DNA of 64,000 nt from Schizochytrium sp. TIO01 (lineage: Eukaryota > Protista > Bigyra: Labyrinthulomycetes), in contig SMSO01000004.1 of assembly GCA_004764695.1 (NCBI GenBank), positions 1,364,001-1,428,000 on the forward strand, given 5' to 3'. Positions 61,301 to 64,000 of this stretch are shown one piece after another (the stretch's first letter is position 1; every line of letters starts with the position of its first letter). The translations under genes were made by a program, and so were the position numbers. Below the pieces are notes generated by a model, which saw nothing but the letters and a program-made list of their open reading frames with translations, searched no databases and was not told the origin of the DNA.

Positions 61301-62289
61301 AAAGGAAAGTGTATAATATAAACAAACAGTCCTACAAAAAGGTCTTCATGTTTTCACATGGAAAGAAAGCACGAAGAAGCGGAGAAAGAAAACTTTACAT
61401 TTTCCTTTTGGAAGCCCTTGTGGTGGAAATAAAGAATTACTGCAAGCCTATGAGAATACTAAACCATCCACGTGAATAGAAAGAACTCCAGAGAACGCAA
61501 ACCGACAGACAAGGTCTTTCTTCAGGTCCGCCTCATGGGAGGAAGTTGGGCGCGCCGAATCAATCGTGACCACCTGCCGGTTCGGAGCTACCTTGGCACG
61601 CTTGCCAGCACGCACTTTGCAAACAGCTTCGGGCACTTCGAAAGCGGAGGAGCAAAAAGATCCTGAAGAGGACCAAAGCAAGCAAGGCCAGCTCGCGACT
61701 TGAAGCGGGCGAAGCACGCACCGCTCTGCGGTCCAATCTCACGACAGGCGTCGAGAGCAGCGTTGTCCAGGGCGCTGCGTTCAAAGGAGGGAACTAACTC
61801 CTCGAGGCGGGTGGAGGGAAATGGAGGATCTTCAGAAGAACGAACCGCAGGAGCGGCCTCTGGAGAAGTGAGCGCGGGTTGACGCATACCTACCTAGCCA
61901 GCTACGATGAGATTGAGAGTGTATAATCTACTGCCGTGCTCAAGATCAGCTGCACCCAGAATAGTTGATTCTGAGCCCTTCTGGTGCCAGGAACAATGCT
62001 TTGGAACAATCGTGCTGACTCTGAAAAAATGCCCAGTTTACTGGTGAGCTGTTTCGTTGAGATGAGATGAGATGAGCCAGAGCGAACAATCTATACATGG
62101 GTCATGGCCGCCACGGCTCTTCGGAAAACTGGCATCTTATCGAAGAAGCTGGCTTGGCTTGGTGCGAAGCAGAAGAAGGGAATTGTCAGCTTAATTTGCT
62201 AGTTCTATTCTCGAAGGAACCCGGCCTGATCAAAAAGAGAGAGCTCTGCAGGATCGAAGAGGACTGTCTCGTGCCTGGTTGCTTGGCAC

Positions 62290-62395
62290 ACGCAAAGACA
62301 ATATCAATCCACCGCTCCGTCTTTCTGGCGAGCAGGTCGGGTTGCTTGGAGCTCCTGCTGGAACATACATGGCGGTGATGCCACAGCCTCAAATC
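62290..62395 (+). pseudogene. Possible eroded ankyrin-repeat fragment
   Basis: Reads VFLASRSGCLELLLEH; removing a 4-nt duplication (ACATACAT) continues as EHGGDATASN, resembling the ankyrin consensus (T/P)LxLAxxxG...LLLEHGAD.NA.(D/N). Confidence 0.3.
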
Positions 62396-64000
62396 CCTCC
62401 TTCAAGGTGATTCTAGTTCCTCCCTTATTCCCAAGAGCGACGAACAGCAAGCGCCCAGCTAAAAAGTAACCAAACTACAGGCGTAAGCAGCCTCACTGAA
62501 GAAGAAGACAGCTTGCGAAGCATGCTTTCGAACGGCACTGGGCTCACAGATCTCTTGCGCCCACTACAGATCAACCCGCAAGTAGAAATTTAGTTTTTTC
62601 GTGTGTTCGCTACAGAGCTCTTTGCCCCGGAGCTTTACTACAAGGGTATGACCACTAGGTTCTGCAAAATCGATTGCAAGAACGTAGGTTCGAGGATGTC
62701 ATGAAAGAATCGCACACGAAGACTGGTTTGACGTCGAGACTCCTCCACCATCGATCAAGGTTGTCATGACGCACTCACGAGGCGAAGCGAAGAGATCCCT
62801 CCAAAGTGCAAAAGGACGACAACTGCTGTCATAGCAACGTCAAACGCAGAACTACTAACCACTGCCTGCTAGGAGAATCAATAGTAAAGATATCACTATA
62901 CGTTTTGGTTAGGAATAGCCTAGTGATGTTTTTCGTTTCTAATTTTTTTTTGCTTTTTTACTGTAGCTAGCTGGCTATGTATTAGAATCGTGACACTGTC
63001 AGAGACGTGAAGAAAAGAAACTTGAACACTTTTAAGCGATTCAAGGTGCAGTCGCTGCTCTTTTTTTCTTTTTTCTTTTTTTCTCCTAAAACTTTGCAGA
63101 TGATGGTTGAGCGTCATCATCCATACGGAACCCCTAAAGCGGAGCGATCACTGCAGTCAGTAACCGGTTGCGGGCACTCTTTTTATTTTGAATGATACAT
63201 TTTTATTTATTTTTTTCAACATTCTATTCATGATACTAAAAACAATTTATTTAATTTAAAAACTAATTTAAAGTGATTTAAAAATCTACTCAAGGCAGTG
63301 AAGCACATATTTCCCTCTGCTCGCAACTATTACTGAGATCGTAATAGTGCAGCCGGTTTGTTTGAAAGCGCTCTCTTTAGAATGTTGCATTATGTTTTCT
63401 TCTATCAACTCTCTGAAAACGGGCATCATCTTGTAAAGTTTTCATTTGTTTCGATGAAAACCCATGACTTCCGAGATATTCAAGACTCCGGTGCTCCAGG
63501 AGGTGGAAACCGCAAAATTCATGAGCTTGGTCAGAAGCCCCTGCCCCCTCTTGGACTTCTGAGCCGGAGCCTCCTGCGAAGGTGGTTCGTTGTTAAGACC
63601 GCTCTACTGTTAGAAAGAAGTTGCTCAAGATATAGGAACGCTTCATCAAACTGTTATTCATAGTCATTGTTAAGCCCTAGTTAGAGTCGAAGAAGAGACA
63701 TTTTCTTTCGTTTGGGTTTGTTTCTTCAGTTTTGCCAAAATGAGAAATTCTATTTTCAACATCTCAAATGAGCACCGGAAAGAGGGCAATACAAATTTAG
63801 GTGTCATGAGAATCTTGTATACAACTGGTTCATCGGGGAAGCGTGTTAGATTTTCGTTGAGACTCGACGATTTGACGACTTTCAAAGAAGAGATACTGAT
63901 GTTAAACTTAACAGTCAGGTTTTCGCATGATTTAAAGCTTCAGCATTCCTTCGGGGAGGCTATGGACGAGCCAATTTTCGTCGCCAACTTAAGTTGGGTC

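Noticed and set aside
61588-61887. Twin CX9C mitochondrial intermembrane-space protein call
   Set aside because: Only the first CX9C is intact and the other Cys spacings do not fit; kept only as an unassigned ORF

Overview
Eukaryotic, intron-poor genomic DNA. Gene style (intronless multi-kb ORFs, long AT-richer spacers, TAGG/CAAA/CCAA microsatellites) suggests a stramenopile protist such as a thraustochytrid; this is inference, not a lookup. All credible genes are on the minus strand. (1) A 3'-truncated gene of >1027 codons (ATG at 3083, running off the window start, missed by the ORF track) carries INCENP-like motifs and a SAP-like motif. (2) A 2096-aa ferlin with multiple C2 domains and no DysF has an atypical two-helix C-terminal anchor and a cytosolic tail. 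(3) A dispersed tandem array of five AAAP/Aa_trans-family amino-acid permeases is spaced about 7-11 kb apart; copy 3 carries a 1-bp frameshift. The long spacers hold no intact recognisable gene but are not featureless. They contain recurrent clusters of a YGYTCG hexamer, often at exact 10-bp spacing and next to AT-rich tracts, one cluster upstream of every permease plus several orphan clusters. Each permease also has a conserved 16-nt leader motif. The spacers further hold a 4x67-bp minisatellite, microsatellites, splice-like signals and possibly eroded gene relics. The best candidate for an undescribed system is this phased cis-regulatory code together with the mosaic permease array it surrounds.
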